Positions 31,374-41,213 are shown, counted from the stretch's first letter. The stretch is DNA of 64,000 bases from an uncultured Chloroflexia bacterium (GCA_963813535.1 CAWEZH010000002.1:1952001-2016000); one strand, 5' to 3'. The notes: generated from the sequence alone by a model not told the origin. Made by a program: numbers and translations.

Positions 31374-32129
31374 ATGATCCGCAGGATCGCCGCCGTCGTC
31401 ACCGCGACCGCCATGCTGCTCATCCTCGCCGTGCCGGTGATGGCCGGCGGCTGGGCGGAGATCGTGGCCGACGGCCAGACCACCACCCCACGAGAGGGCG
31501 ATCCGGTCGAGATCGGCTTCCGCGTCCTCCAGCATGGCGAGACGCCGGCGCCGTGGGAGGGAGCGACCGTCCATCTCACGAATACCGGTACCGGCGAGAC
31601 GTTCGATGTCATCGCCAAGAACGACCGCCCGGACGGTCACTTCGTGGCCACGACGACCGTCAAGGAGGCCGGCTTCTGGAGCTGGCAGGTCACGCTTGCC
31701 AACCTCGAGAGCGATCACCTACCGGTCCGCATGACCGTTCTCACCGCATCGGGTGCGACGCCGCCGGTCGACCCGTCCTCGATCCTTGCCGCGGTCGACC
31801 GGGCCAAGAGCGACGTGACGACCAGCCTCGGCGAGCGGATCGGCACCGAAGTCCGGCGCCTCGAGGTCCAGGACGACTACTACCGCACGCGGATCGACAA
31901 CCTCGCGGCCCAGACCAGGGACCTGACCGCCCAGCGCGAAGCGCTGGAGGCTCGCGTCCAGGCGCTCGAGGGTGTCGGGGGGCTGCCCTTGCTGGCCGTC
32001 ATCAGCCTGTCGGTCCTGGCCGGCTCGGCGGCCGGGTTCGCCATGGCATGGCTCGCCGGTCGGGCGTCGCGGCACGAGGGTCCCGCCGTGACGCTCAACC
32101 CCGCTCCGCGAGGAGTCGACCGGGTGTGA
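31374..32129 (+). CDS. Secreted, C-terminally anchored protein (beta-sandwich domain + coiled coil + TM)
   Basis: AAGGAG RBS; signal peptide ending VMA-GGWA; GHFVAT...AGFWSWQV (YtkA/FixH-like); heptad region; C-terminal TM. Confidence 0.7.
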   Translation: MIRRIAAVVTATAMLLILAVPVMAGGWAEIVADGQTTTPREGDPVEIGFRVLQHGETPAPWEGATVHLTNTGTGETFDVIAKNDRPDGHFVATTTVKEAGFWSWQVTLANLESDHLPVRMTVLTASGATPPVDPSSILAAVDRAKSDVTTSLGERIGTEVRRLEVQDDYYRTRIDNLAAQTRDLTAQREALEARVQALEGVGGLPLLAVISLSVLAGSAAGFAMAWLAGRASRHEGPAVTLNPAPRGVDRV

Positions 32130-33378
32130 CCTGCTCATGGAGGAGGCGGCTGAAGCGCCCGATCCGGTCGGGCGCTTCGGCTGTCTCGACCCATCGGGCC
32201 ACCAGCTCTTCACCCTGGTCGTAGGCGAAGACGTACAGCCGCGTCAGCGGATCGTCGATGAACTCGAGCCGCTTGGCGGCGACCTCGTCCGGATAGCGCC
32301 CGACGTCCCGCAGGTAGGCGAGGACATCCTCGCGGCGCACGCCATCGGCATGCAGTCGTAGCGCGGCCTCGTCGGTCGCGGCGTCGAGCGTGTTCCTGGG
32401 GGCGATCAGCCCGATGGCGCGTTCGGCGAGCTCGCGCGCAGCAGCGGGGTCGGCCGCGACGGTCAGCCCGGCCCGATGGAAGAGTTCGATGAGCAGGTCC
32501 GCCCGCTCGTCGAGCGGGGAGGCGAACCGCGTGCCATAGCGGGCGAGCCCTTCGCTGACCGGTCCCTCGGGCGTGTTCGTCAGGAGCATCGACGCCTCGA
32601 GACGACGTGCCCCATCGACGAGGTCCGTTTCCTTCCAGGCCCCCTCGAGATGGTGGCCGGGGTAGCCCTCGTGCCCGAGCGTGACGATCAGGTCCGGCGC
32701 GGTGACCGGCAGGTCGATGTTGATCTCGAGACGCGACCGGCGGCCGCCGAGGTACCAGCAATACGCGATCCACGCCCGGTCCCGGACGATCGAGAGGCGG
32801 GTGGTCTCGCCATCGGGCAGCCCGACATCGTGCGCCGCCCGTTCCCGGAAGCGCCCGAGCAGCCACGCCGCCACCGACGGGAGGCGGTCCGCGGCGATCT
32901 GGACCCGTCGGTCCCATGCGGCGATGCGCTCCGCGATGGATCCAGGGCCCGGGAGGAGGTCGTCGATCGCCGCGACCGCGGCATCGAACTCGCCGTCGTC
33001 GTGGCGCCGCGGCGCGAAGCCCATGCACCGCTCGACGTACTCGGGGTACGACAGCGGCTCCCCGGCGAGTGCCCGCGCGTGCGCGTCGAGCGCCTGGAGC
33101 TGGGCGATCAGCCAGGCACGACGATCCGGCGCATCGACCTCGGCCGCGACCCGTTCGGCGAGCGAGGCGACGTCGTCGAGGAGTCGCCGCGGTGATCGGA
33201 GCTGATCGGTGTCGACCCGCGCCTTCAGGCCGGCCGGGCCGTAGTAGCCGTCGATGAGACCCGGCAGGTGCTGATCGAAACGGAGTCCGAGCAGGAGATA
33301 GTCCGACGCGATGGGGTCGGGGGCCGGCACCAGCCGGGTGCCGCCGACCGCCGGGACCATCTGGGGTGCCGAGGTCAC
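32095..33378 (-). CDS. DUF885-related putative zinc metallopeptidase
   Basis: HEGYPGHHLE and SEGLA motifs; YVFAY near the C-terminus. Confidence 0.75.
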   Translation of the reverse strand: MTSAPQMVPAVGGTRLVPAPDPIASDYLLLGLRFDQHLPGLIDGYYGPAGLKARVDTDQLRSPRRLLDDVASLAERVAAEVDAPDRRAWLIAQLQALDAHARALAGEPLSYPEYVERCMGFAPRRHDDGEFDAAVAAIDDLLPGPGSIAERIAAWDRRVQIAADRLPSVAAWLLGRFRERAAHDVGLPDGETTRLSIVRDRAWIAYCWYLGGRRSRLEINIDLPVTAPDLIVTLGHEGYPGHHLEGAWKETDLVDGARRLEASMLLTNTPEGPVSEGLARYGTRFASPLDERADLLIELFHRAGLTVAADPAAARELAERAIGLIAPRNTLDAATDEAALRLHADGVRREDVLAYLRDVGRYPDEVAAKRLEFIDDPLTRLYVFAYDQGEELVARWVETAEAPDRIGRFSRLLHEQVTPGRLLAERG

Positions 33379-33875
33379 CGCTGCATCTTGTCGGGGCGCG
33401 GGGCTCGCCGCTCCCCGTGGTCCCGATGGGTGTCGGCCCGTCGGCGCGCCTCGGCGAGCCGCTCGGCGAGGGACGGGTCCGGCGGCAGACCGGCGCGATC
33501 CGGTGCGCGATCCACCGACGGGGTCTCGGCCGACGGCCCGGAACCCAGCCCTCCCGACTCGCCGACGAAGGGCATCCCCTGACGTTCGACCGCATCGAGG
33601 CTCATCCGCAGGGCGGCCGTCTTCTGTGTCGCGACCTCGCGCACGTATGCCGCCTCTTCATCCGGTGTCATCGGCCGGCCGCGGACGATGGCCTTCGGCT
33701 TGCCGACCATCAGCCAGGCGAGGTGATAGCGATCCATGCTGCCCCAGGCCGTCGCGAGGAGATCGTCGGAGAGCTGGAGCCAGACGCGCATCGCCCCGAG
33801 CGATGGCTGCGCGTCGAGCCGCTCGCCCTCGTCGATGAGTTGCCGGGTCCGGGCGATCAGCTCGTCACGAGTCAC
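33375..33875 (-). CDS. Hypothetical protein
   Basis: GTGA overlaps on both sides; WLQLSDDLLATAWGSMDRYHLAWL globular core. Confidence 0.7.
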   Translation of the reverse strand: MTRDELIARTRQLIDEGERLDAQPSLGAMRVWLQLSDDLLATAWGSMDRYHLAWLMVGKPKAIVRGRPMTPDEEAAYVREVATQKTAALRMSLDAVERQGMPFVGESGGLGSGPSAETPSVDRAPDRAGLPPDPSLAERLAEARRRADTHRDHGERRAPRPDKMQR

Positions 33876-34813
33876 GGGCGTGCGGCTTCCGCGCCGGTGG
33901 GGGTCTCGCGCAGCATCCCCTCGCGATCGGCGCGGGCCTGCAGCGTCCACCGTCCCGGACGGCCGTCGCCGATGTCCGCACCGTCGAACGCAGTCACGGG
34001 CAGGATCCCGGCCACGCTCGAGGACAGGAAGGCCTCCTCGGCGGACGCGAGGTCGTCGCGGCGCAGCCGACCCTCGAACGGACGGAGCCCGGCGCGAGCC
34101 GCCCATCCGAGCAGCCAGGACCGGGTCGTCCCCGGCAGGATCGCGCAATCGAGCGAGGGCGTCGCCAGCTCGAGCGTGCCATCGGCGCCTCGACGGACCA
34201 GGAAGATGTTCGCCGACGTCCCTTCCGAGAGGTGGTCGTCGATCGTCAGGAACAATGCATCGTCGGCGCCCGCGCGACGCGCCTCCAGCCTCGCATAGAC
34301 GTATTCCGCGCGCGAGGTGGTCTTGAGGGTGGCCAGCGGGTTGCGCGGGTCGCGCCGGACCGCGGAGGCAACGAGATGGAGCCCCCGCTCGAGGTGGTCG
34401 ACCGGAGCGGGCACGACAGGCCACGCCTGGATCGCGATCGTGGCGCTCGCGTCCTCGTTGGCCGGAAGCACGCCTCGGGCGCGGTAGACGCCTCGCGAGA
34501 CCGTGATCCTGATCGACGCGTCACCGTCGTCACCGTCGAGGCCATCGGCGGCGAGGAGCGAAGCGATGCCCTCGGTCAGCAGCCTGTCGACGTCCGCGGG
34601 AAGCTCGATGTCGAGACCGGCGGCCGATCGCCGGAGGCGGGCGAGATGGGCGTCGAGCTCTGCGGGGCGACCGCCTCGCGCTCGCAGCGTCTCGAAGATG
34701 CCGTCGCCGAGCTGGAACCCGCGATCGAAGACGGACAGATGGCGGCCCTCCGCCGGGTGGATCTCGCCATCGACCCACACGTGGCCGCGCGGCGGGTTCC
34801 CGGCCGACGTCAT
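33872..34813 (-). CDS. pabC: PLP fold-type IV enzyme (4-amino-4-deoxychorismate lyase / branched-chain aminotransferase family)
   Basis: DRGFQLGDGIFET, HLARL, LKTT, EGTSANIF, ILPGTTR; coupled to pabB. Confidence 0.8.
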   Translation of the reverse strand: MTSAGNPPRGHVWVDGEIHPAEGRHLSVFDRGFQLGDGIFETLRARGGRPAELDAHLARLRRSAAGLDIELPADVDRLLTEGIASLLAADGLDGDDGDASIRITVSRGVYRARGVLPANEDASATIAIQAWPVVPAPVDHLERGLHLVASAVRRDPRNPLATLKTTSRAEYVYARLEARRAGADDALFLTIDDHLSEGTSANIFLVRRGADGTLELATPSLDCAILPGTTRSWLLGWAARAGLRPFEGRLRRDDLASAEEAFLSSSVAGILPVTAFDGADIGDGRPGRWTLQARADREGMLRETPTGAEAARP

Positions 34814-36237
34814 GGGACCTCCTCGCCACCGATCGCACTCAGCGGGCCATGCGCCTTGGCCACGGTCTCCTGCCACTCGCCCGCCGGGTCGCTGCCCCAG
34901 GTGATGCCACCGCCGACGTGGAGCGTCAACCGGCGACCGTCGGCCACGAACGTCCGGATCAGGATGCTGGTCTGCATCGCGCCGTCCGGGCCGACCCACC
35001 CGAGCGCGCCGGTGTAGGGTCCGCGCCGGACCGGCTCGAGACCTTCGAGGATCTCCATCGCGCGGATCTTCGGGGCACCCGTGATCGAGCCGCCGGGGAA
35101 GCTCGCAGCGAGCAGGTCGAAGGCGTCTCGTCCGGGTGCGAGCCGCCCGGTGACCGTCGAGACGAGATGCTGGACGGCCGCCGTTCGCTCCAGCCGGCAC
35201 AAGCGCGGCACGCGGACGGTTCCCGGCAGGCACACGCGACCAAGGTCGTTGCGCAGCACGTCGACGATCATCACGTTCTCGGCGCGATCCTTCGCGCTCA
35301 TCAGCAGCTCACGCGCGAGTGCCCGGTCCTCGGCGCGATCATGTCCACGCCTCCGGGTGCCCTTGATCGGGTCGGTGGCGACGACGCCATCGGCGTCGAG
35401 CGAGAGGAACGGCTCGGGCGAGGCGGACAGCAAGGCGCGAGCCATCCCGGTCTCTGGCGATTGCCCGAGGTCGAGGAACGCCGAAAACAGCGACGGGTCG
35501 CCTGTCCGCAAGTGCCGGTAGAGCGCCCAGGGGTCGCCGTCGAACGGCGTCTCGAGGCGGCGCGTCAGGTTCGCCTGGTAGATGTCGCCAGCCGCGATGT
35601 GCTGGCGAACGGTCTCCACACCCGCTTCGTAGGCCGCGCGCGACAGACCGGATCGGAAGACGAGCGAGCGAGCGAGGTCATGCCGTTCGTCGTCGACTGG
35701 CAGCGGCATCGTCAGCCGCGCATGGACGTCATCGAGCCGTTCCGCGAGGCGCCGACCGTCGCCGTCCACGGCACGGCCGCACAGCCAGGCGTCGCCGGTC
35801 CGACGGTCCCATGCGACCACCCAGTCGTGGAGCGCCAGCCGCAGTGACGGCAGCCCCTGGTCGTCCATCGCGATCGACGGAAGGCGCTCGAGGACGTGCC
35901 CGAGGTCGTAGCCGAGGAACCCCACGAGGCCGCCGATGAAGGGCGGCGTGTCCGGCCCGTCGCGGAGGCTCGGATCCAGCCGGCCGACGAGGCGTCGAGC
36001 GACGGCGAACGGATCGGGACCGGCGGCCGGCGCCTCGAGCACGGCCACCGGATCGGCCGTGAGGTAGCTCCAGCGGGCGTTCCGACCCGGCCTCGCACTC
36101 TCGAGCAGGACCAGCCCCGGGAGATCGCGGAAGGCCTCGGCCGCATCGATCGGGCGCACGCTCGCCACGCGCGACAGCCGGCGCAGACGGATCTGCGGGT
36201 AGGGCGAGGCGGGCTCGATCGGTCGGCTCGGGATCAC
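34810..36237 (-). CDS. pabB: Aminodeoxychorismate synthase component I
   Basis: GDIYQANL, SPEPF, PIKGTR, ENVMIVDVLRNDL, PGGSITGAPK. Confidence 0.88.
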   Translation of the reverse strand: MIPSRPIEPASPYPQIRLRRLSRVASVRPIDAAEAFRDLPGLVLLESARPGRNARWSYLTADPVAVLEAPAAGPDPFAVARRLVGRLDPSLRDGPDTPPFIGGLVGFLGYDLGHVLERLPSIAMDDQGLPSLRLALHDWVVAWDRRTGDAWLCGRAVDGDGRRLAERLDDVHARLTMPLPVDDERHDLARSLVFRSGLSRAAYEAGVETVRQHIAAGDIYQANLTRRLETPFDGDPWALYRHLRTGDPSLFSAFLDLGQSPETGMARALLSASPEPFLSLDADGVVATDPIKGTRRRGHDRAEDRALARELLMSAKDRAENVMIVDVLRNDLGRVCLPGTVRVPRLCRLERTAAVQHLVSTVTGRLAPGRDAFDLLAASFPGGSITGAPKIRAMEILEGLEPVRRGPYTGALGWVGPDGAMQTSILIRTFVADGRRLTLHVGGGITWGSDPAGEWQETVAKAHGPLSAIGGEEVP

Positions 36238-36309
36238 GCCGGGATGATACGGCCGAGTCGGCCGCGGGCCCGCCCGACCCGACGGACGCGCGGCCGCTAC
36301 CCTCCTCGG

Positions 36310-37422
36310 ATGCGAGCACGAGACCTCGGGATCCGCATCGGCCTCGGCACTCCCGGCCCCCGCAACGCGATCACCGACGTCGACGGCGTCACGGTCGGCC
36401 ACACGACCCTGATCCGCGGAGCCGGGGCGCTGGTCGTCGGCCAGGGACCCGTTCGCACCGGGGTGACGGTCGTGTGCGCGCGGGGTACGGACTCGTTGCG
36501 CGAGCCGGTGTTCGCGGGGTGCCACAGCCTCAACGGCAACGGCGAGATGACCGGCTTCGAGTGGGTCCGCGAGTCGGGCCTGCTGACGACACCGATCGCC
36601 ATCACGAACACCCACAGCGTCGGCGTCGTGCGGGACGCCCTCGTCGCGGCGTCCGTCGACGGGGACGACGCGAGCTGGTCGTTACCGGTCGTCGGCGAGA
36701 CCTACGACGGCCTGCTCAACGACATGAACGGTTTCCACGTGACCGGCGCACACCTCCATGAAGCGCTCGCGACCGCGCACGGCGGGCCGGTCGACGAGGG
36801 CGCCGTGGGTGGCGGCACCGGGAGCGTCTGCCACGAGTTCAAGGGCGGCATCGGCACGGCGTCGCGCGTGCTCCGGGAGGACGCCGGCGCGTACACCGTC
36901 GGCGCGCTCGTGCAGGCCAACTACGGCAAGCGCGATTGGTTGCGGGTCGACGGCGTCCGGGTCGGCGAGGCCATCCCACTCAGCGAGGTCCCGAGCCCGT
37001 ATGGCGAACAGCGTGCGTCGCCGCCGGCAGGCTCCGGGTCGATCATCGTGGTCGTCGCCACCGATGCTCCGTTGCTGCCGCACCAGTGCAAGCGACTGGC
37101 CCAGCGCGCCGGTCTCGGCATCGCCCGGGTCGGCGGGACGGGCGGCCACACGAGCGGCGACCTGTTCATCGCCTTCGCCACCGGCAATCGGATCCCGCAC
37201 AGCTCCGATGACGACGATCCGATCGGTCTGCAGACATACGAGCTGCGGGCGGTGGGCGACATGATCATCGACCTGCTCTTCGATGCCGTCATCGAGGCGA
37301 CCGAGGAGGCGATCGTCAATGCGCTGGTGGCGGCCCCGACGGTCGTCGGCCGTGACGGCATCACCGCCCACGCGCTCCCGCACGATCGCCTGGTGGAGGT
37401 GGTGCGGGCGGCCGGTCGGTGA
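36310..37422 (+). CDS. dmpA: DmpA/P1 (S58) family aminopeptidase
   Basis: NAITDVDGVTVGH, NGNGEMTG, EFKGGIGTASR, GSIIVVVATDAPL, SGDLFIAFATGN. Confidence 0.93.
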   Translation: MRARDLGIRIGLGTPGPRNAITDVDGVTVGHTTLIRGAGALVVGQGPVRTGVTVVCARGTDSLREPVFAGCHSLNGNGEMTGFEWVRESGLLTTPIAITNTHSVGVVRDALVAASVDGDDASWSLPVVGETYDGLLNDMNGFHVTGAHLHEALATAHGGPVDEGAVGGGTGSVCHEFKGGIGTASRVLREDAGAYTVGALVQANYGKRDWLRVDGVRVGEAIPLSEVPSPYGEQRASPPAGSGSIIVVVATDAPLLPHQCKRLAQRAGLGIARVGGTGGHTSGDLFIAFATGNRIPHSSDDDDPIGLQTYELRAVGDMIIDLLFDAVIEATEEAIVNALVAAPTVVGRDGITAHALPHDRLVEVVRAAGR

Positions 37423-38288
37423 CCGCCCGGGGAGACGTCATGGTCCGCGCCGGGCGCGCGGACGATCTCCACCAGCTCGCCCGGATCATGGAGGCGAACG
37501 ACGAGGGCGTGGGCTGGCCGGACATGCCCGAGCTGGGCTATCCGTACCTGGAGCACGTCCTCCGCCACAAGCGCCTGCGTGTCGCCGAGCTCGACGGTCG
37601 CGTCGTCGGCATCGGCTCGGCCGCGGACCTGGGCAGCAGCGACGTCCGGATGGTGACGGACCTGTTCGTCGACCCGGATGCGCAGGAGCGCGGCTCCGGT
37701 CGAGCGTTGCTCGACGCGATCCTGGACGGTGCCCGGGAGCGGCTGACGTTCAGCTCCGCCGACGACCGAGCGCTCGGCCTGTATATCCGCGCGGGCATGC
37801 GGCCGTTCTGGCCGCTGCTCTACCTCGAGGTCGGGCCGGGCAGCCTTGGGCTGCATGATCCAGGCATCGAGGTGCGCGCGGCCGATCCCGCCGAAACGGC
37901 ACGCTGGTCGGCGACCTGGTCCGGTCTCGACCGATCATCCGATTTCGAGCACTACGCCTCGCTGCCGGGGGCGGCCGGCTTCAGCGTCATCGATGCGGGT
38001 GCGGTGGCTGCGGTCGGCTGGGCGCGTCGGGAGCAGGACGCGTCCGACGGCCGATGGCTCTCACACGCCTCGATCGCTCCCGACGCCGACCCGGTCCGAG
38101 CGACCTTCGCGCTCCTGCGGGCCGCCGCGGGTGACGAGCCACTCAACGCTCCCGTGCCCGGTCCCCATCCCGCCCTCGCCGCGCTCATCGAGCACGGCGC
38201 CAGGATCAGCGGTCGCGACACGTTCTGCGCCACCGATCCCGGCCTCGTCGACCCGGTCCGGATCCTGCCCAACCCGGCGTTCGTGTAG
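37419..38288 (+). CDS. Two-domain GNAT family acetyltransferase
   Basis: DLFVDPDAQERGSGRALL; ALGLYIRAGMRP; GTGA overlap with dmpA. Confidence 0.85.
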   Translation: MTARGDVMVRAGRADDLHQLARIMEANDEGVGWPDMPELGYPYLEHVLRHKRLRVAELDGRVVGIGSAADLGSSDVRMVTDLFVDPDAQERGSGRALLDAILDGARERLTFSSADDRALGLYIRAGMRPFWPLLYLEVGPGSLGLHDPGIEVRAADPAETARWSATWSGLDRSSDFEHYASLPGAAGFSVIDAGAVAAVGWARREQDASDGRWLSHASIAPDADPVRATFALLRAAAGDEPLNAPVPGPHPALAALIEHGARISGRDTFCATDPGLVDPVRILPNPAFV

Positions 38289-39671
38289 GCCACGATCCAC
38301 GCCCGACCTCGCCCGGCCGAACGCGTCGAGCGTCGCCTCGAGGAGTGGCAGCATCGCACTCACCCGTCGCGATCGGATGACGGCGTCCCAGAGCGGCTCG
38401 AGCTTCTTCCAGCCACCGGAGTAGGCGAGGTGGCGCATCGAGCGATGCACGCTCGACTGCCCGAGGGCTCCGCGCACGATCGAGCCCCAGGTGTAGAAGT
38501 CGCGATACGCGCGCTGATAGCCGTCGAGCAGGGCCGCGGGCTCCATCCGCCGCGGCCGGTACACGACGTGCCGCGTGTCGTAGTGATCCCAGTCATGGTC
38601 GGTGATCCGCCCCTCCGCGACGATCCGATCGTGCAAGGCGGTGCCGGGATACGGCGTCATGATGTGGAAGGTCGCCGTCTCGATGCTGCGCGACACAGCC
38701 CAGTCGACGGTCCTGTCGAACACGTCCGGACCGTCGTCGTCGAGGCCGAATACGAAGCTGGCATTGATCATGATCCCGAGGTCGTGCACGCGGCGGATGA
38801 CCTCGTCGTAGTCGCGCGACAGGTTCTGGCGCTTCGCGTGCAATCGCAGGTTCTCGGGATTGATCGTCTCGAGACCGACGAACACGCTGCGCATCCCGGC
38901 GCCGGCGGCCTGCTCGATCAGGTCGGACCGCAGGATCGCGTCGACCGTGCTCGCCCCCTGGAAGACGCGGCCCATGCCGCGCATCCCCTCGAAGAGCGCC
39001 GACGCGAAGCGCGGATTGCCGAGCAGGTGGTCGTCGAGGAAGTAGACGTGGCGACCCGGCATGCGCTCGATCTCGGCCAGCGCCCGGTCGACGGTCTGCG
39101 TGTAGAAGGAGATGCCGCCCTTGTAGAACGCATCCTTGTAGCAGAAGTCGCAGTGGTGGGGACAGCCGCGTGAGACGACGATCGAGTTCGGGCACAGGTA
39201 GCGCCCCCGATCGATGAGATCCCGCCGGATCGGCGGGGCGTCGTCGAGCGATCGGCGCTGGGAGACGTAGCGCGCCAGCGGATCGCCCCGCCGGAGATCC
39301 TCGAGGAATCGGGGCCACGTGTCCTCCCCCGGGCCGATGAAGATGGTGTCGGCGTGGCCCGCCGCCTCGTCGGGCATCGAGCTGACATGCAGACCACCGA
39401 GGGCCACATGGCTGCCCAGCGCCCGGTAATGGGCGGCCAGCTGGTAGGCCCGCTTCGCCGAGGTGATGTACACCGACATCACGACGAGATCCGGTCGGTC
39501 GTCGAGAGCGAGCGGCATGACGTGCTCGTCCTCGAGCACGGCCTCGTCGTCGGGGTCCAGGTAGCCGGCCAGGGAGGCCAGCCCGAGCGGCGGGAACAAC
39601 GCGTATTTGATCGGTCGGAAGCCCGGATCGGTGGCTTCGAGCAGGGCAGGCAGGATGAACTTGACCTTCAT
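38061..39671 (-). CDS. B12-binding domain radical SAM protein
   Basis: FPPLGLASLAG, ALGGLH, SRGCPHHCDFC (CxxxCxxC), VFVGLET, TPYPGT; 3' end overlaps the convergent GNAT gene. Confidence 0.9.
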   Translation of the reverse strand: MKVKFILPALLEATDPGFRPIKYALFPPLGLASLAGYLDPDDEAVLEDEHVMPLALDDRPDLVVMSVYITSAKRAYQLAAHYRALGSHVALGGLHVSSMPDEAAGHADTIFIGPGEDTWPRFLEDLRRGDPLARYVSQRRSLDDAPPIRRDLIDRGRYLCPNSIVVSRGCPHHCDFCYKDAFYKGGISFYTQTVDRALAEIERMPGRHVYFLDDHLLGNPRFASALFEGMRGMGRVFQGASTVDAILRSDLIEQAAGAGMRSVFVGLETINPENLRLHAKRQNLSRDYDEVIRRVHDLGIMINASFVFGLDDDGPDVFDRTVDWAVSRSIETATFHIMTPYPGTALHDRIVAEGRITDHDWDHYDTRHVVYRPRRMEPAALLDGYQRAYRDFYTWGSIVRGALGQSSVHRSMRHLAYSGGWKKLEPLWDAVIRSRRVSAMLPLLEATLDAFGRARSGVDRGLHERRVGQDPDRVDEAGIGGAERVATADPGAVLDERGEGGMGTGHGSVEWLVTRGGPQEREGRSDRVGVGSDRGV

Positions 39672-39730
39672 CGGCCGTCCTCCGGAGCGAGCGACTTGCT
39701 GAAGGTCGCTATCCGGGGGACGGGCCGATG
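39669..39730 (-). promoter_or_regulatory. Long hairpin sequestering the RBS and start codon of the radical SAM gene
   Basis: CATCGGCC-GTCCTCCGGA..AGCGAC..GTCGCT..TCCGGGGGAC-GGCCGATG inverted repeat spans GGAGG and ATG. Confidence 0.6.
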
Positions 39731-39793
39731 CAGTCGGCGTGTGACGGGCGGGGACCTGGAGGGGGACCTCCGCGGCTCGCCCGCGGGAGTGGG

Positions 39794-40663
39794 CTAGTCG
39801 CCGACTCCCACCGCGACCGGCTTCTCGATCGGCACGCCGATTAGGCTCCCGTATTCGGTCCAGCTGCCGTCGTAGTTGCGTACCCGGTCGTAGCCCAGCA
39901 GCTCGTGGAGGACGAACCACGAATGGCTCGATCGCTCGCCGATCCGGCAATAGGCGATGACGTCCTTGTCGGGCGTGATGCCCTTGGCCTCGTACAGCTG
40001 TGCCAGCTCATCGCGGTCCTTGAACGTGCCGTCCTCACGCACCGTCTGCGCCCACGGGATCGACGCCGCACCCGGGATGTGCCCCGCCCGCTGGGCGGTC
40101 TCGGGCATGTTCGGCGGGGCGATGATCTCGCCGTTGAACTCGGCCGGCGAACGGACATCCACGAGGGCCAGCTCGGGATCGCCGAGCCGCGGCAGGATGT
40201 CGTCGCGGAAGGCACGCAAGCTGAAGTCCTGTTCGGGCAGGTCGTACGAGGTCGCCTCGTAGGCCGGCACGTCGATGGTCAGCGGCAGCCCCTGGTCGAG
40301 CCAGTACTTGCGCCCGCCGTCGAGGATGCGGACGTCGTCGTGGCCGTAGAGCTTGAGCTGCCAATACGCCCACGCGGCGAACCAGTTGTTGTTGTCGCCG
40401 TACAGCACGATGGTCGTGTCGGGCCCGATGCCCGAGTCCGACAGCAGCTTCGCGAAGTCGTCGCGCGACGCGATGTCGCGGCGCACGCCGTCCGAGAGCT
40501 GGCTCGTCCAGTTCCAGGCGACGGCACCCGGCAGGTGGCTCTGCTCGTAGCTCGTGGTGTCGACGTCGACCTCGACGAAGCGCACCGTCGGATGGTCGAG
40601 ATGGCTCTGCGCCCAGGCGGCGTCGACGAGCGCGGTGGATGCGGTGGTGTCGTGATGGCTCAT
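39794..40663 (-). CDS. Tandem-rhodanese sulfurtransferase (CysA/SseA type)
   Basis: HLPGAV, YGDNNNWFAA, GHIPGA, YCRIGERS active loop, NYDGSWTE. Confidence 0.95.
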   Translation of the reverse strand: MSHHDTTASTALVDAAWAQSHLDHPTVRFVEVDVDTTSYEQSHLPGAVAWNWTSQLSDGVRRDIASRDDFAKLLSDSGIGPDTTIVLYGDNNNWFAAWAYWQLKLYGHDDVRILDGGRKYWLDQGLPLTIDVPAYEATSYDLPEQDFSLRAFRDDILPRLGDPELALVDVRSPAEFNGEIIAPPNMPETAQRAGHIPGAASIPWAQTVREDGTFKDRDELAQLYEAKGITPDKDVIAYCRIGERSSHSWFVLHELLGYDRVRNYDGSWTEYGSLIGVPIEKPVAVGVGD

Positions 40664-40733
40664 GAGGATGGATCTCCCCTCGGGTTCGATGTGACTTGGG
40701 TATGAACGATGATCGAGGTCGCGGCGGTCGGGA

Positions 40734-41213
40734 TCAGTCGGCGGACGTCGGTCGGTCGCGACGGCTGAACTCGGCGAGCCGCTCGGTACACTCGGCGGCC
40801 GCGCGCATCGCCTGGCGCACGATCCACGGGTCGACGCGGCTCGAGTCCTCCACGGTCAGCGTCGGACCCGACGGGCCGTCGGCGATATCGAGTCCCGAGC
40901 TGTTGCGATAGTCGGCCATCCAGTTCGCCTGGAGCTGGAGGGCGACGTCGGCGACGACGGACACGGGAAAGAGCCAGTCGAGGTACGACGCGTTCAGGCG
41001 ATCGGCGATGTCGGCAAGGCGGACCGGTCGTCCGCGCTCGAGCCGCGCGATGAGGTCGATGACCCGCACCGATGTGAAGGGATCCCGCGCCTCGCCCACC
41101 GTCGGCGGCGTGATCGACGGGTCCGGCATCCCTGCCGGGGCCGGTCGCAGCGGGCCCAGCCCGATGGTCGCGGTGGGGGCGTCGCTCACGAGGGGCATCT
41201 CCGACTGGATCAC
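40734..41213 (-). CDS. Hypothetical protein, possible winged-helix fold
   Basis: RVIDLIARL..GRPVRLADIADRL; fills the gap between known genes. Confidence 0.6.
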   Translation of the reverse strand: MIQSEMPLVSDAPTATIGLGPLRPAPAGMPDPSITPPTVGEARDPFTSVRVIDLIARLERGRPVRLADIADRLNASYLDWLFPVSVVADVALQLQANWMADYRNSSGLDIADGPSGPTLTVEDSSRVDPWIVRQAMRAAAECTERLAEFSRRDRPTSAD

